From: Isurus oxyrinchus
Taxonomy: Eukaryota
Reading direction: 5' to 3'
Length of the DNA stretch: 64,000 nucleotides
Assembly: GCA_026770705.1 (NCBI GenBank)
Contig: JANJGN010000021.1
Location: 93,558,001-93,622,000, forward strand
Position 1 is the first letter of the stretch, and every line of letters begins with the position of its first letter. The notes below the pieces were generated by a model. The model saw nothing but the letters and a program-made list of their open reading frames with translations. It did no database searches and was not told where the DNA came from. The position numbers were made by a program, and so were the translations under genes. This document shows, in pieces, positions 23,701 to 36,160 of this stretch.

Positions 23701-24589
23701 CTGATTGTGGACTCCTGGCCTCCTCCCCCTTCTGGCCCTCCCTTCCTCCTCAGAGGAGGTGCCTCCAGTGGAGACCACAACTCCCATTCCCAGGCAAAGG
23801 GAAGGCTTCCTGAAAGCTGCAGGCCCCAGAAATGATTTCTACTGTAGTGTCCTGACCAAGGCTTTTACTCCTGTCCTAGCAGCTGGTGTGAGTTTTGAGG
23901 TCTTCCTGCTTACTCAGGCAAGTAAAAGTTACTTTCAAACTTAAATCCCTCAAACACCACATTCATGACCCCACACTTATCCCACCCGTGGATGAGGTTT
24001 ATACAAATGTTTCCTACCCGCCTGCCCATAGCGCTCATGTGACATCCTGAAGATCGCACGGGCTGCGATAAATCAAGATCAATTGTTGCCTCAAGGGCCT
24101 TAACTCGCCTGTTAATTGATGGCGGGCGCGCATCCAAACTTATAGCATGCCCGCCTTCCCAAATATTGCGATGGCGCGCAGAGACAGTGGGACACTTGCC
24201 CGATGGCACAGCGGGTCATTTTACACGCAGGCTTATGGGGCCAACCACCACATGCCAACAGGAAAAATCTGGCCATAGAGTTCCTAATAGTTCAAGATCA
24301 GAAAAGAAAGAATCATAGGAAGAAATTTCATCTGCTTCAAATCAATTTTACATTGCTTCATAAACTTTATCTTGCAGGCTGACTCCAACAGTCTGGATTG
24401 AACCTATCCAATTGCTTAACTGAGGAAGCATGATATAAATTTTCATATTCAATCTACAACCAATCACAGAACGGCTGACATTTACTGTGAAGGTTCAGTC
24501 ATTGATACTTGTCATTTTGGGCATGTTTGAGAGTAGCTGATGGTCACAGGAGCTCATGCTGGGAAAGAGGCAATGTCTTCAATAGAGGA

Positions 24590-24810
24590 AGAGACCTTAG
24601 TTAGACTTTTTCATGCAGCTAGTGGTTAAGATCTGGAATGCACTCCCCGAGGGTGTGGTGGAGACAGGTTCAATCATGGCGTTCAAGAGGAAGTTGGGTT
24701 GTTATCCAAAAAGGCAGAATGTGCAGCGCCATGGGGAGAAGGCGGGGGAGTGGCCTACGGAGAGCCGGTGCAGCTGGGATGGTCCATCGGTGCCATAACG
24801 ATTCCGTGAC
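24590..24810 (+). mobile_element. CR1 3' fragment
   Basis: FFMQLVVKIWNALPEGVVE motif. Confidence 0.75.
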
Positions 24811-25014
24811 TCCATTCACTTTAACTGCTCTAAGTTATTGTGAGTTCCACATTCCAACCATTCTCCAGTTAGACATTTCTCCTGAATGCCTTCTTGGATC
24901 TGTTAATGATGATCTTATATTGATTATGGAGTTCCCACCAACTGGAAGTATCTTCTCTCTGTGAGCTGTCAAACCTCTATTAGATCTGACTGCACAGGCA
25001 GGAAGAGGAAAAAG

Positions 25015-25757
25015 ACCCTGAAAGCAGATTTTAGGGAGTTAGCAAAGAACCTCAATAGCAGTAATGTCAGGATTACTCCCAGTGCCACGTGTTAGTGAGC
25101 ATAGGAATAGGAGGATTGAGCAATTGAACGCGTGGCTGGAGAATTGGTGTAGGAGGGAGAACATCAGACTTCTGAGGCATTGGGACTGGTTCTGGGGCAG
25201 GCGGGACCTGTACAAGATGGATGGATCGCACCTTAGCAGGATTGGGATCGACATCCTTGCAGGGAAATTTGCTAGTGCTATTGGGGGGGGGTTTGGATTG
25301 AAACTAGCTTGGCAGGAGATTGGGAACCAGAGAGGGAGCTCAGATTGAAGGGAAGGAAAACTGGCAACAGAACAGTAGTAAAAGTAACTAGAAGGCAGGT
25401 GAAATAAAGGCAAACATCAAATAGGATCAGAATGTGGAATAATGTTAAAAGAACAAAGTGCACACTATCTGAACGCACACAGCACTCACAACTAAGTAGA
25501 TGATTTGAAGGTGCAAATAGAGGTAAATGGGTATGATTTAACTGCCATTGCAGAGATATGTTTACAGGGTGACCAGGATTGACTATTCAGGGATATTCAT
25601 CACCTAGGAAGGACAGGTGGAAGGGAAAAGGAGGTGGGGTAGCAGTGTTAAGAAGGGACGATATCAGGACATTAGTGAGAGATGAACTTAGATCAAATGA
25701 TCAAGGTATTAAATCAGTACAGCAAACATTGGTGGGAGTTGTCTATAGGCCACCAAA
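25015..25757 (+). mobile_element. CR1 internal fragment (ORF1 esterase C-term to ORF2 APE start)
   Basis: SGLLPVPRVSEHRNRRIEQLNAWLENWCRRE...DGSHLSRIG; RKDRWKGKGGGVAVL...GVVYRPPN. Confidence 0.85.
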
Positions 25758-25759
25758 CA

Positions 25760-27470
25760 TTTTTTTATTCATTCATGGGATGTGGGCTTCACTGGCTGGG
25801 CCAGCATTTGTTGCCCATCCCTAATTGCCCTTGAGAAGGTAATCGTAAGCTGCCTTCTTGAGCCACTGCAGTCCCTGTGGTGCAGGTACACCCACAGTGC
25901 TGTTAAGGAGGGGAGACCCAGGATTTGGAACCAGTGACAGTGAAGGAATGGTGATATATTTCCAAGTCAGGATGGTGAGTGGCTTGGATAGGAACTTCCA
26001 GGTGTTGGTGTTCCCATGTGTCTGCTGCCCTTGTCCTTCTAGATGGTAGTGGTCATGGGTTTGGATGGAGCTGTCTAAGGATCCTTGGTGAGTTTCTGCA
26101 GTGTATCTTGTAGATGGTACACACTGCTGCCACTATACGTCTGTGATAGAGGAGTGAATGTTTGTGGATGAGGTGTCAATCAAGTGGGCTGCTTTGTGTT
26201 GGATAGTGTCAAACTTCTTGAGTGTTGTTGGAGCCGCACTCATCCAGGCAAGTGGGGAGTATTCCATCACACTCCTAACTTGAGCCTTATAGATGGTGGA
26301 CAGACTGGGGAGTCAGGAGATGAGTTACCTGTAGCCACATATGGCTGGTCCAGTTCAGTTTCTGCTCAATGGTAACCCCCAGGATGTTGATAGTGGGGGA
26401 TCCAGCAATGGTAATGCCACTGAATGTCAAAGGACGATGGCTAGTTTCTCTCTTGTTGGAGATGGTCATTGCTTGGCCATCAATGTTACTTGCCACTTGT
26501 CAACCCAAGCTTGGATATTGTCCAGGTCTTACTGTATTTGGACATGGACTGCTACAGTATCTGAGGAGCTGTGAATGGTGCTGAACATTGTGCAATCATC
26601 AGCGAACATCCCCACTTCTGATCTTATGATAGAAGGAAGGTCATTGATGAAGCAGCTGAAGATGGATGGGCTGAGGACACTACCCTGAGGAACTCCTGCA
26701 GTGATGTCCTGGAGCTGAGATGACTGACCTCCAACAACCACAATGATCTTCTTTTGTGCTTGGTATGACTCCAACCAGTGGAGTATTCCCTATTCCCATC
26801 AACTCCAGTTTTGCTAAGGCTCCTTGATGCCACACTTGGTCAAATGCTGCCTTGATGTCAAGGGCAGTCACTCTCACCTCACTTTAGGAGTTCAGATTTT
26901 TTGTGCATGTTTGAACCAGGACTGTAATGAGGTCAGGAGCTGAGTGGCCCTGGTAGGACCCAAACTGAGCAAATATGAGCAGATTGCTGCTAAGCAAGTG
27001 CCGCTTGATAGCACTGTTGATGATTTCTTCCATTGCTTTACTGATGATCGAGAGTAGATCAATGGTCGGTAATTGGCCAATACGGATTTGTCCTGCTTTT
27101 TTGTGTACAAGACCTACAAGGGAAATTTTCCACATTGCTGGGTAATTGTCAGTGTTGTACCTGTACTGGAACAGCTTGGCTCGCTTGCGGCAAGTTCTGG
27201 AGCACAAGTCTCCAGTACTATAACTAGGATGTTCTCATAGCCCATAGGCTTTTCTGTATCTTGTGCCTTCAACTGTTTCTTGATATGACATCTGTGAATT
27301 GAATTAGCTGAAGACTGGCATCTATGATGCTGAGTTCCCCTAGGGGAGGCTGAGATGGATCGTCCACTCGGCAGCTCTGGCTGAAGATGGTTGCAAATGT
27401 TCAGCTTTGTCTTTTGCACTGATGTGCTGTGCTCCCCCATCACTGAGGAACAGGATGGCCCATTCCCTGG
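25760..27470 (-). mobile_element. LINE family B (RT + 3'UTR)
   Basis: TAGVPQGSVLSPSIFSCFINDLPSIIRSEVGMFADD; RVTALDIKAAFDQVWH; NYRP motif; tail at 25760. Confidence 0.9.
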
Positions 27471-27724
27471 ACAGCCGTACACTGGAAGATGCACTACCCA
27501 CCCACCCCCGCACCGCCCCACCACTCCAACGGACCCATGCAAGGACTACACAGCAATTGCCCTGGAAGTTTAAACTTTCACTGGTGAATTACCCTGCACC
27601 TGGAACCATTGGAAACTCCAATTTAAATCACAGACTTCAGACGGTTCTGACTCTTAACAGAATAGTTACCCAGGAAAAGTTAGAATGCTTAAAACCAGGT
27701 TTAATTCTTGTAACTATGGTACTG

Positions 27725-28235
27725 ACACCCACTCCCTACTACCCCCACTCACCATCTGACCGCCCCCAATTCCGACTACTCTCTGACCCACCTGTAACGC
27801 CCTTCACCACCACTGACAACCCCCTAACCCCTGAACACCAAAACCTTAAATACCCCTAACAGCTGACTCTTCCCACTTCCCTGACTACCCATCTGCCCCT
27901 GACTACCCCCACCCTGTGATCCCCCTCTGACCACATGATTCTTCCCAGCCCCCTGACAATCTGAGCCACTCCATGACTTGCTGACACCAGCCCCCCCCGA
28001 TCATCTGACCGCATGATTCCCCCACCTCCCACTATGCCCCAACAACAATCAACCGCCTGACTGCCCAATCCCTGACCACCCAACCTCCCCAAACTCCACC
28101 TCCCCACAGACCACCCCCTGACCACCCTAACCAGTCATCTGCACCCAGCCTACCTGACTACCTCCCAACACCCTCACACACACCCCATCCCAGTGCACCA
28201 ACCCATCCTATCCACTTACCTTACCCACTTACCTT
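27725..28235. repeat. C-rich low-complexity tract (CCCCTGAC-like), probably part of a non-autonomous element
   Basis: Strong C/A strand bias, recurring CTGAC(C/T). Confidence 0.55.
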
Positions 28236-28530
28236 CTCTCCTGTCCAAGTGGCTGATAGATGCATCTGTGAGAGGTAGGTTGAAGAGGATATGGTCCAGT
28301 AGGTTGTTGCATCTTGGCTCCCTATCTGTTCAGGCCCAGTCTGGCAGATAAATCCTTCAGAGCTCGGCCAATAGTGGTACAACCGAGTCATTCTTGGTGG
28401 TGGACATTGAAGTCCCCCGCACAGAGTACACTCAGTGATCCTTCCAAGTGGTGTTCAACATGGAGGAGCACTGATTCATCAGCTGAGGGAGGGTGGTATG
28501 TGGTAATCGGCAGGAATTTTCCTTACCCCT
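28236..28530 (-). mobile_element. LINE family B endonuclease fragment
   Basis: Reverse complement resembles 50400-50750 (GDFNVHHQEWL motif). Confidence 0.65.
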
Positions 28531-29064
28531 GCTGATGTTAATGCTCCAGTTGAGCTTCTTCCCATCTTTTCTCATCTAAATGTACCATTGTAACAATCTA
28601 TTCTCTTTTCCATGAGCCATAGCTGACACTATAAAGCTCAGGAGTCTACTTGCTTTACCAACAGCCATTCCCAACTTGTCCTGACACCTTTAGAGATTTG
28701 TTTACGTACACTTCCAGGTCCCCCTGTACCTACCCCATCTTAAAATGGGACCATTATATTTATATTGTCTTAGCTCATCCAAGTGTCCAGAGTGACTCAC
28801 TTCTACATGGAAACACCGTAAATCTCAAAGGCAGGAATCACAGCTTGGAGAGGTGGGGCTGCATAGAGTCTTGAAGGTTCCTTGTTGTCATATTCCTGTG
28901 CCCCAAGACCTAACTGGAACGAGGGGCTGGAATGGTACAAGGGGACATTGCGATCCAGCTGAAGCTTTCTTTTGTGAAGACAAATGAAAAGTGTTCATTT
29001 CATCTTCTCTAACTGTTCCACCACGTTTTCACTGTCACCATGTCCTTTTCTTACTCTTTTGCAG

Positions 29065-29740
29065 GATGTGAGCCTCAATGGTTAGCCGGGTATTTATTGC
29101 CCATCCTTAATTGCCCTTGAGAAGGTGGGGGTGAGCTTCCTTCTTGAACAGCTGCAGTCCATGTGGTGTAGGTACACCCACAGTGCTGTTAGGGAAGAAG
29201 TCCCAGGATTTGGAACCAGCGACAGTGAAGGAATGGTGATAGATTTCCAAGTCAGGGTGGAGAGTGATTTTGAGGGGAACTCCCAGGTGGTCGTGTTCCA
29301 TGTGTCTGCTGCCCTTTTCCTTCTAGTTGGAGAGGTTGTGGGTTTGGAAGGTGCTGTCAAAGGAGCCTTGGTGAGTTTCTGCAATGCATCTTGTGGATGG
29401 GACACACCGCTGCTACTATGCGTCGGTGGTGGAGGGAGTGAATATTGAAAGAGGTGGACGTGGTGCCGGTCAAGCAGACTGCTTTGTCCTGGATGGTTTC
29501 AAACGTCTTGAGTAGTGTTGGAGCTGCATTCATCCAGGGAAGCAGAGAATATTCCATCATATTCCTGACTTGTGCCTTCTAGATGGTGTACAGTCAGGAG
29601 GTGAGTTGGTTGCAGCAGATCTCCAGATTCTGACCTGTGTTTGTAGCCACAGTATTTATATCGCTGGTCCGTTTCCATTTCTGGTCAATGGTAGGATGTT
29701 GATAGTGGAGGTTTCAGCATTAGTAATGCTATTGATTGTG
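29065..29740 (-). mobile_element. LINE family B 3' portion
   Basis: MMEYSLLPWMNAAPTLLKTFETIQDKAVCL; shared 3'UTR. Confidence 0.82.
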
Positions 29741-29939
29741 TGTCTGTGAATGGACATATGGGAATGAGAGAGTGTGCGCGTGTGTCTGCCTCACTCCCAA
29801 TCTCAGCTTTCACACTCACTATCGCCACCACAAACCAACACATACTCACACCCACTCACACAGTGGCTGAGGGTGAGTGATTGAGCACCCTGAGACCGGG
29901 AGCGAGCCTGCCTCTGCCACACTGACCCTCTCTCACGCT

Positions 29940-30655
29940 GGTCATTTTTATTAATTACTCTATCTCAACTTAGCAACTTATTGCTTCGATATTGCTTTAT
30001 TTTTGCTCAGCAAGTTGTTTCTTTTCTTAATATCACAGCGATTTTTTGAAATTCAGTTAATTGTGCCAAGTATTATCTTTCCAAAATTTGTTCATCAGTC
30101 CTTTAAGTAAGAAAAAAATGGAAATGTGCCCCCCCCCCCCCCACCCCCACCAAGCAAAAAGGTTGGACAAGCCTAGCTTATTTAATGGTTAGGCAACAAT
30201 TGGGTTAAATCACTCTCAGTAAGGTTTGCTATGTAACAAAGGTATAAAAAAAAGTGTTCTCAGTGCTTAACCTGAGGCCTGGGGCTATCCCACTGATGAA
30301 CAGCTGGTGAAGGGAACACATGTGTTCGTATCACAATTGCTGACAAGACAGGGCCTGTAGTGTGATTATTGGGTGTTGTCAGGTAGAGATGACATTCCTA
30401 CCTAGGGACTAATAATGACACCATTTGCGCTTTGATGCTACTGCTCAGACATGTGTTTAACGAGCTAAGTGTCAAGACTTTGATACCAAATAAAACCTAA
30501 ACACTACCACTGATAAAGATTAGCGATTTGAGTTGCTTCAGAAGTTGAGAGTGACTAGAGTTAAAGGGTCAATCCCCTCCCATTTTCTCATCCACTCCTC
30601 CGTCTGATCGCAGGAACTGATGTCACTGGATTCCCAGCCAGGACACGGGAGGCCG
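29940..30655 (-). pseudogene. Probable terminal exon/3'UTR of the MHC class I pseudogene
   Basis: Strong acceptor CCTTTTTCTTCCTCAG| at 30656, non-repetitive sequence, AATAAA on minus at ~29947-29952 and ~29996-30001; position downstream of TM exon. Link is inferred. Confidence 0.4.
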
Positions 30656-30779
30656 CTGAGGAAGAAAAAGGAATAGGTGGTTACAGGGCAAGGGAAAACT
30701 CAGCAGACCCAGCAGAATCCCACAAATGCCAGCAGCAGAACTCTTCAGACCAACCGCCAAACACCACAAAACCCATTAT

Positions 30780-31960
30780 GAGCCAGCCTCCAGTACTCCC
30801 TGGGGAAGAGAATTCCATAGACTGGCGACCCCTAGAGAAAAATAATCTCCACCTTAAATGAGAGGCCCCTAATTTTTAAACTGCATCCCCCTAGTTCTAG
30901 ACTCTCCCACAAGGGGAAACACCCTCTCAGCATCCAGTCTGTTAAGTCCCTTCAGGATCTTATGTTTCGATAAGATCACCTCTCACTCATTCTTCTAAAC
31001 TCAATGGAAGTAGGCCCAAACTGCTCAACCTTTCCTCATAGACTAACCCCATTCATCCCAGGATTTAGTTGAGTGAACCTTCTCTGAACTTCTTCTAGTG
31101 CAATTATATCCTCTCTTAAGTAAGGAAACCAGAACTGCACATACTACTCCAGATTGGTCTAAGTCCTTACTCATATACTTCATTCCAGTTGCAAGAAATG
31201 CCAACATTCCATTTGTCTTCCTAATCTTCCTGTACCTGCACACTAATATTTTGTAATTCATGTACCAGGACACCCAGATCTCTCAGTTCTGCAGTTTCTC
31301 TCCATTCAAATAACATAATGCTTTTCTAAGCTTCCTGCCAAAGCAGAAAAGATTACATTTTCCCACATTATACTCCCCCTGCCAATTTTTTGGCTACTCG
31401 CTTAATCTATTTAAATCCCTTTGTATACTGTGTCCTCTTGAGAACTTACCTTCCCACCTCTCTTTGTGTCATCAGCAAATTTAGCTCCCATACATTCGAT
31501 CTCTACATCCAAGTCATTGATATAGATTATAAATAGTTGAGGGCCCAGTACTGATTCTTGTGGCACTCCACTAGTTAAAGCTTGCTAAACTGAAAATGAC
31601 TCCTTTATCCCCACTCCCTATGCTCTGCTTCTTGTTAACTAACCAAGCCTTTCCAAGCTAATATGTTACCCACTACACATTGAGCTTTTTATTTTGTGTA
31701 GTAACCTTTTGATGTGGTTCCTTACAAATGCCTTTTGGAAATCCAAATGTGCCACAGCTACAGATTCTGCTTTATCCACCTTGCTTGTAACTTCCTCAAA
31801 TAACTCTAATAAATTAGTGAAACATGATTTCCCTTTCACAAAACCTATTGGCTCTGTCTGATTGTATTATGATTTTCTAAATGTCCTGCCATTACTTCTT
31901 TTATAATGGATCTCTAATTTTCCTTATGACAGATGTTAGGCTAACAGACCTATAGCTTTC
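30780..31960 (-). mobile_element. CR1 RT fragment
   Basis: IRKTNGMLAFLATGM; GVPQESVLG and FADD-like motifs in reverse. Confidence 0.8.
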
Positions 31961-31964
31961 TGAA

Positions 31965-33035
31965 GAGATAGCGAAACAGGAGGTGGGGATAGAGATAGAG
32001 AAATAGGAGCTAGAGATAGACATAGAGAAACAGGAGCGAGAGAGAGAGAGAGAAACAGGAGCTAGAGAGAGAGAAATAGGAGCTAGAGAGAGAGAGAGAG
32101 AAATAGGAGCTAGAGAGAGAGAGTAGGAGCTAGAGAGAGAGAAGTAGGAGCTAGAGAGAGAGAAAAACAGGAGCGTGAGAGAGAGAGAGAGAAATAGGAG
32201 CTAGGGAGATAGAGAAAAATAGGAGCTAGAGAGAGAGAGAAATGTAAGCTAGAGAGAGAGAAATGTGAGCTAGAGAGAGAGAAAAATGTGAGCTAGAGAG
32301 AGAGAAAAATGTGAGCTAGAGAGAGAGAAAAATGTGAACTAGAGAGAGAGAAAAATGTGAGCTAGAGAGAGAGAAAAATGTGAGCTAGAGAGAGAGAGAA
32401 ATGTGAGCTAGAGAGAGAGAGAAATGTGAGCTAGAGAGAGAGAGAGAAATAGGAGCTCGAGAGAGAGAGAGAAAAAAATAGGAGCTGGAGAGAGAGAGAC
32501 AGGAGCTGGAGAGAGAGAGAGAGTGAGAGAGACAGGAGCTGGAGAGAGAGAGAGACAGGAGTTGGAAAGAGAGAGAGAGAGAGAGAGGAGTTGGGCAGAG
32601 AGAGAGGGAGACAGGAGCTGGAGAGAGAGAGAGAAATAGGAGCTGGAGAGAGGGAGAGAGAGACAGGAGTTGGGGAGAGAGAGAGAAACAGGAGCTGGAG
32701 AGAGAGAGAGACAGGAGTTGGAAAGAGAGAGAGAGAGAAATAGGAGCTGGAGAGAGGGAGAGAGAGACAGGAGCTGGAGAGAGAGAGAGAGAGCGAGAGA
32801 GACAGGAGCTGGAGAGAGAGATAGGAACTGGAGAGAGAGAGAGAGAGAGAGAGATAGGAGCTGGAGAGAGAGAGAGAGACAGGAGTTGGGGAGAGAGAAA
32901 GAGAGAGAGAGACAGGAGCTGGAGAGAGAGGGAGAGAAACAGGAGCTGGTGAGAGAGAGAGAGAGAAATAGGAGCTTGAGATAGAGACAAACAAATAGGA
33001 GCTTGAGATAGGGATGGAGATGGAGAAATAGGAGC
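31965..33035. repeat. GA-rich compound tandem repeat (GAGCTRGAGAGAGAGAAAYAG/ATGT units)
   Basis: Variable (GA)n spacers between GAGCT/GAGTT cores. Confidence 0.92.
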
Positions 33036-33048
33036 ATCTACCCACACG

Positions 33049-34115
33049 GTCTTGAAAGGTCCTAACTTTTTTTAAAGAAACCTTGGAGTAAAGTTACTGA
33101 ACAAATTCACAGGAGTCTGCTGATGAACCTTTAATATAAAGAATATAAAAAATTATCAAAAGAAGAAAAGTTAACTATATTATACCAGAGAAAAAGGTTG
33201 GAAAGGATTCAATACAAACACAAGAGGATGATTAACATTCCCACTATTCCTTTATCTTATTCCAATACCCTTACAGACACAAATACCTGTGAACAGTTAC
33301 CTCTAGTTTGACACAAAGGTGAGCTAGAGAGAGAGAGAAATGTGAGCTAGAGAGAGAGAGAAATATGAGCTAGAGAGAGAGAGAAATGTGAGCTAGAGAG
33401 AGAGAGAGAAATGTGAGCTGGAGAGAGAGAAATAGGAGCTAGAGAGAGAGAGAGAGAGAAATAGGAGCTGGAGACTGGCTTGGGACTGGCACAGTTGAAC
33501 TTAGCTTTCTTCTGGTGAATTCCTGAGCATTCACACAATGTTTCTCCCCCAAACTTTTATCTCTCCCTGAGACACCCAAAAACCACACTCTAAACTCACT
33601 GTTTCTTCAACTGCGGAGCAAACAAATGAGTTCCCTAAACTCAGTCTCCCAGCAGCACCTCCGCTAAACTCATCATTTTATTAATCAGTCAACTACTGTC
33701 CCACTAGCCTTGGAGTTTCTTTTTCTCCTCAGAAAGCTTAAAATCCCTATCTTCTCTCTTTTATATAAACTGAACACCCTCTCTCTTCACTCCTGCCTTT
33801 TCTGTGTCTGTGTCCCTGGATCGCTGTCGCAACAGTAAAACTTATCTACTCTGTTTATTTTTTCCAGAATTACTGAACTTTCAACCCCTTTTAACCCGTC
33901 TCTTTAACCTCAGAGGTTGTAAAGCCTCATTAAAAATGTATATATACAAACAAACCCAAAACATCTGAAAGCTTTTAGTTCACAATTCTACCCAGTATCC
34001 AAGGCACCAAGATTCGTAAACAAAACCTAAATGAAACTGATTTACCATTTTTAACCCAAATATATATATATCATATCTACATAAATTCAACTTAAACTTA
34101 TACATTGTTCATAAC
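33049..34115 (-). mobile_element. Probable solo LTR, interrupted by GA-repeat block 33320-33472
   Basis: Ends CATAACA (minus start TGTTATG, as the LTR at 36165); AT-rich LTR-like composition; no TSD confirmed. Confidence 0.4.
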
Positions 34116-34368
34116 ACACCAACCTAGGACCCTACACCCACACTCTGAAACACTGAATCCTGAAATCCTCCAGCCAACCCTGATGAACAGGCCACCATCT
34201 TGTGTCACTCCTCCACAAATTGAGACCCTTCCCAAACAGCCTGAACCACCCCCACCCTGACATATTCCTCCAAACACAGGGATACTTCCCCCACCCTGAG
34301 CCCCCCCATCAACCCTCGAGCCATTCCTCACATGCTGCGCTACTCCCCTGGGGGCCTACTCTACCCAC

Positions 34369-34517
34369 CCTCGGCCGTGAATAAGTAGCTGTCATTGTCT
34401 CTCCATTTCCTACCTTTCTTTTGTAGATGACAGCCACAATGATGAGAGCGATGAGCATCATGAAGCCTCCAAATACAATCCCTACAATAACATGAACCTG
34501 GTTGCAAGACTGCAGAT
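34369..34517 (-). pseudogene. MHC class I connecting peptide/transmembrane exon
   Basis: Acceptor (CT)nAACAG| at 34518; (D)LQSCNQVHVIVGIVFGGFMMLIALIIVAVIYKRK; donor either at 34413 (GTAGGA) or 34368 (GTGGGT); same strand, downstream of alpha1/alpha2. Confidence 0.7.
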
Positions 34518-34521
34518 CTGT

Positions 34522-34895
34522 TAGAGAGAGAGAATCAGAGAGAGAGAATTGGAGAAAGTGTAAAAGAATCACAAAGAGAGATAGAGGGAAAATCACAGAG
34601 AGGGAGAGAGAGAATGAGAGAGAAAAAATGAGAGAGAGAGAGAATCAGAGAGAGAGAATTGGGAAGAGAGTGAATCAGAGAGGGAGAGAGAGAATCAGGG
34701 AGAGAGAATCAGAGAGAGAGAATTGGAGAAAGTGTAAAAGAATCACAGAAAGAGAGAGGGAGAATCACAGAGAGGGAGAGAGAGAATGGGAAAGAAAGAG
34801 TAAGAGAGAGAGAGAATCAGAGAGGGAGAATTGGGAAGAGACAGAATCAGGGAGAGAGAGAAAATCAGAGAGAAAGAGAGAATCAGAGACAGAAT
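34522..34895. repeat. GA-rich repeat (GAGAATCAGAGAGAGAGAATTGG) with internal duplication
   Basis: 34528-34577 repeated at ~34704-34750. Confidence 0.9.
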
Positions 34896-34929
34896 CATTC
34901 TGCAAGTTTACAAAAGCTCTTCTGTAATT

Positions 34930-35430
34930 TGTTGCAGTCCTCCTCAGTATTGCCTATATCCCCAACTTGGTGCCATGCATAAAGTTAGAAATTGATTTTT
35001 TGATTCCAAAGTCCAATTCATTAATTTAAATTGTGAGCATCAGTGATCTCAGCATTGATCCGTGTGGAACACCACTCCCCACTTTCAGGCACTCTGAGCA
35101 ACCACCCCTTACTCACACTCTCTGTTTTATGTCTTGAAGTCAGCGAACAATCCATTCTGCCACTTGTTCCCTGACTGCATCCTCTGACCTTATGTATTAG
35201 TCTAATTATGAGTCATCTTACCGTTAAGGCTTTTGAAAATCCAGATTAATTACGTCTACTGCAATACCGCTGTCAACTCTCCGTAACCTCATCAAAAACA
35301 TTGGTCAAACAAGATTTTCCTTTTTGAAATCCATGCAGACCATTCATTATTGTTTCCAAATGTCCTTCTATTCTCTCCTCTTCCATAATTATTCCTACCA
35401 TTAATGTTAGGCTCACTGGTGTATAATCCC
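34930..35430 (-). mobile_element. Old CR1 RT fragment
   Basis: Reverse reads QHGFQKGKSCL..., DVINLDFQK, SGVPHGSML. Confidence 0.65.
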
Positions 35431-35483
35431 AGAATACACTGGGTTTATATGATACCCCATGTGCTGTTGGTGGAAAACCCTAT

Positions 35484-36160
35484 GGGCAAAAGCTTTACCT
35501 CAGTGAGTGGGCAGCCGTGCGTCTGACCCGCTCAAGTGTAAATTGACGCATGTTGATGCCGGGCGAGCATCCCGACGTCAACAGGCAGTCAGGCGATATT
35601 TTGGTTGGTGGGCACACACAGGAATCAGCAGCCCACCCGCTGACAATTAAAAGGACTGTTCAGGCCATTAAAGTCTTAATTCACTTATATTTCCCTCTCC
35701 CTGCCCAACTTTACAGTTGGCGGGCAGGCAAAAACACCAAGCGGCCTTTGCACTTTTTAGGAAATCTCATCCACGGGATGATGTTTCCAAAAGCAAATAA
35801 AAACAAAATAAAAATTTTAAAATTGAATTAATAACATGTCCCTGCTCATGTGACAGAGTCACATGAGGGGACATGTTTTATAACATTTTATGAGCCTTTA
35901 TTTAGTTTTCTTGAAGGCTCTTCATCTCCCTCTCTGTGCCTTAGGGAGATTTGCAAGTGCGCACCTGCGTGAAATTCGCGCTCGCACTCACCCCCACCCC
36001 ACACAGGCAGCACTGAGCGCTGCCATGCATGTTTCACACTGGGTGGGTCCTAATTGGCCTGCCAGCGTGAAATTGCAGTGCAGTCCCGATCGCGGGCGGT
36101 TGTCGGCTTCCCGATTGCCCGCCCCCACCGAGTCCACTCAACAAAGGCTCAGTTCTGCCC
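35484..36160. mobile_element. Harbinger-family MITE (~680 bp)
   Basis: Termini GGGCAAAA / TTCTGCCC, TAT/CAT flanks, central palindrome CATGTCCC..TCATGTGAC AGA GTCACATGA..GGGACATG; related to 38533-39567 and to ends of 19479-24274. Confidence 0.75.

Larger units (their letters stand above)
19479..24274. mobile_element. PIF/Harbinger DNA transposon, near-complete two-gene element, degenerate
   Basis: Imperfect TIRs GGGGAGAATTTTCC / GGAAAAATCTGGCC; convergent Myb/SANT gene (+) and DDE transposase (-). Confidence 0.88.

Noticed and set aside
24378-24500. Possible Ig-like exon after TTGCAG acceptor (LTPTVWIEP..., ADIYCEG)
   Set aside because: Stops in all frames and motifs too short to support.
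32385-33047. Ser/Leu-rich ORFs of 204-220 aa and Arg/Glu-rich ORF at 34502-34927
   Set aside because: Translations of GA microsatellite arrays.
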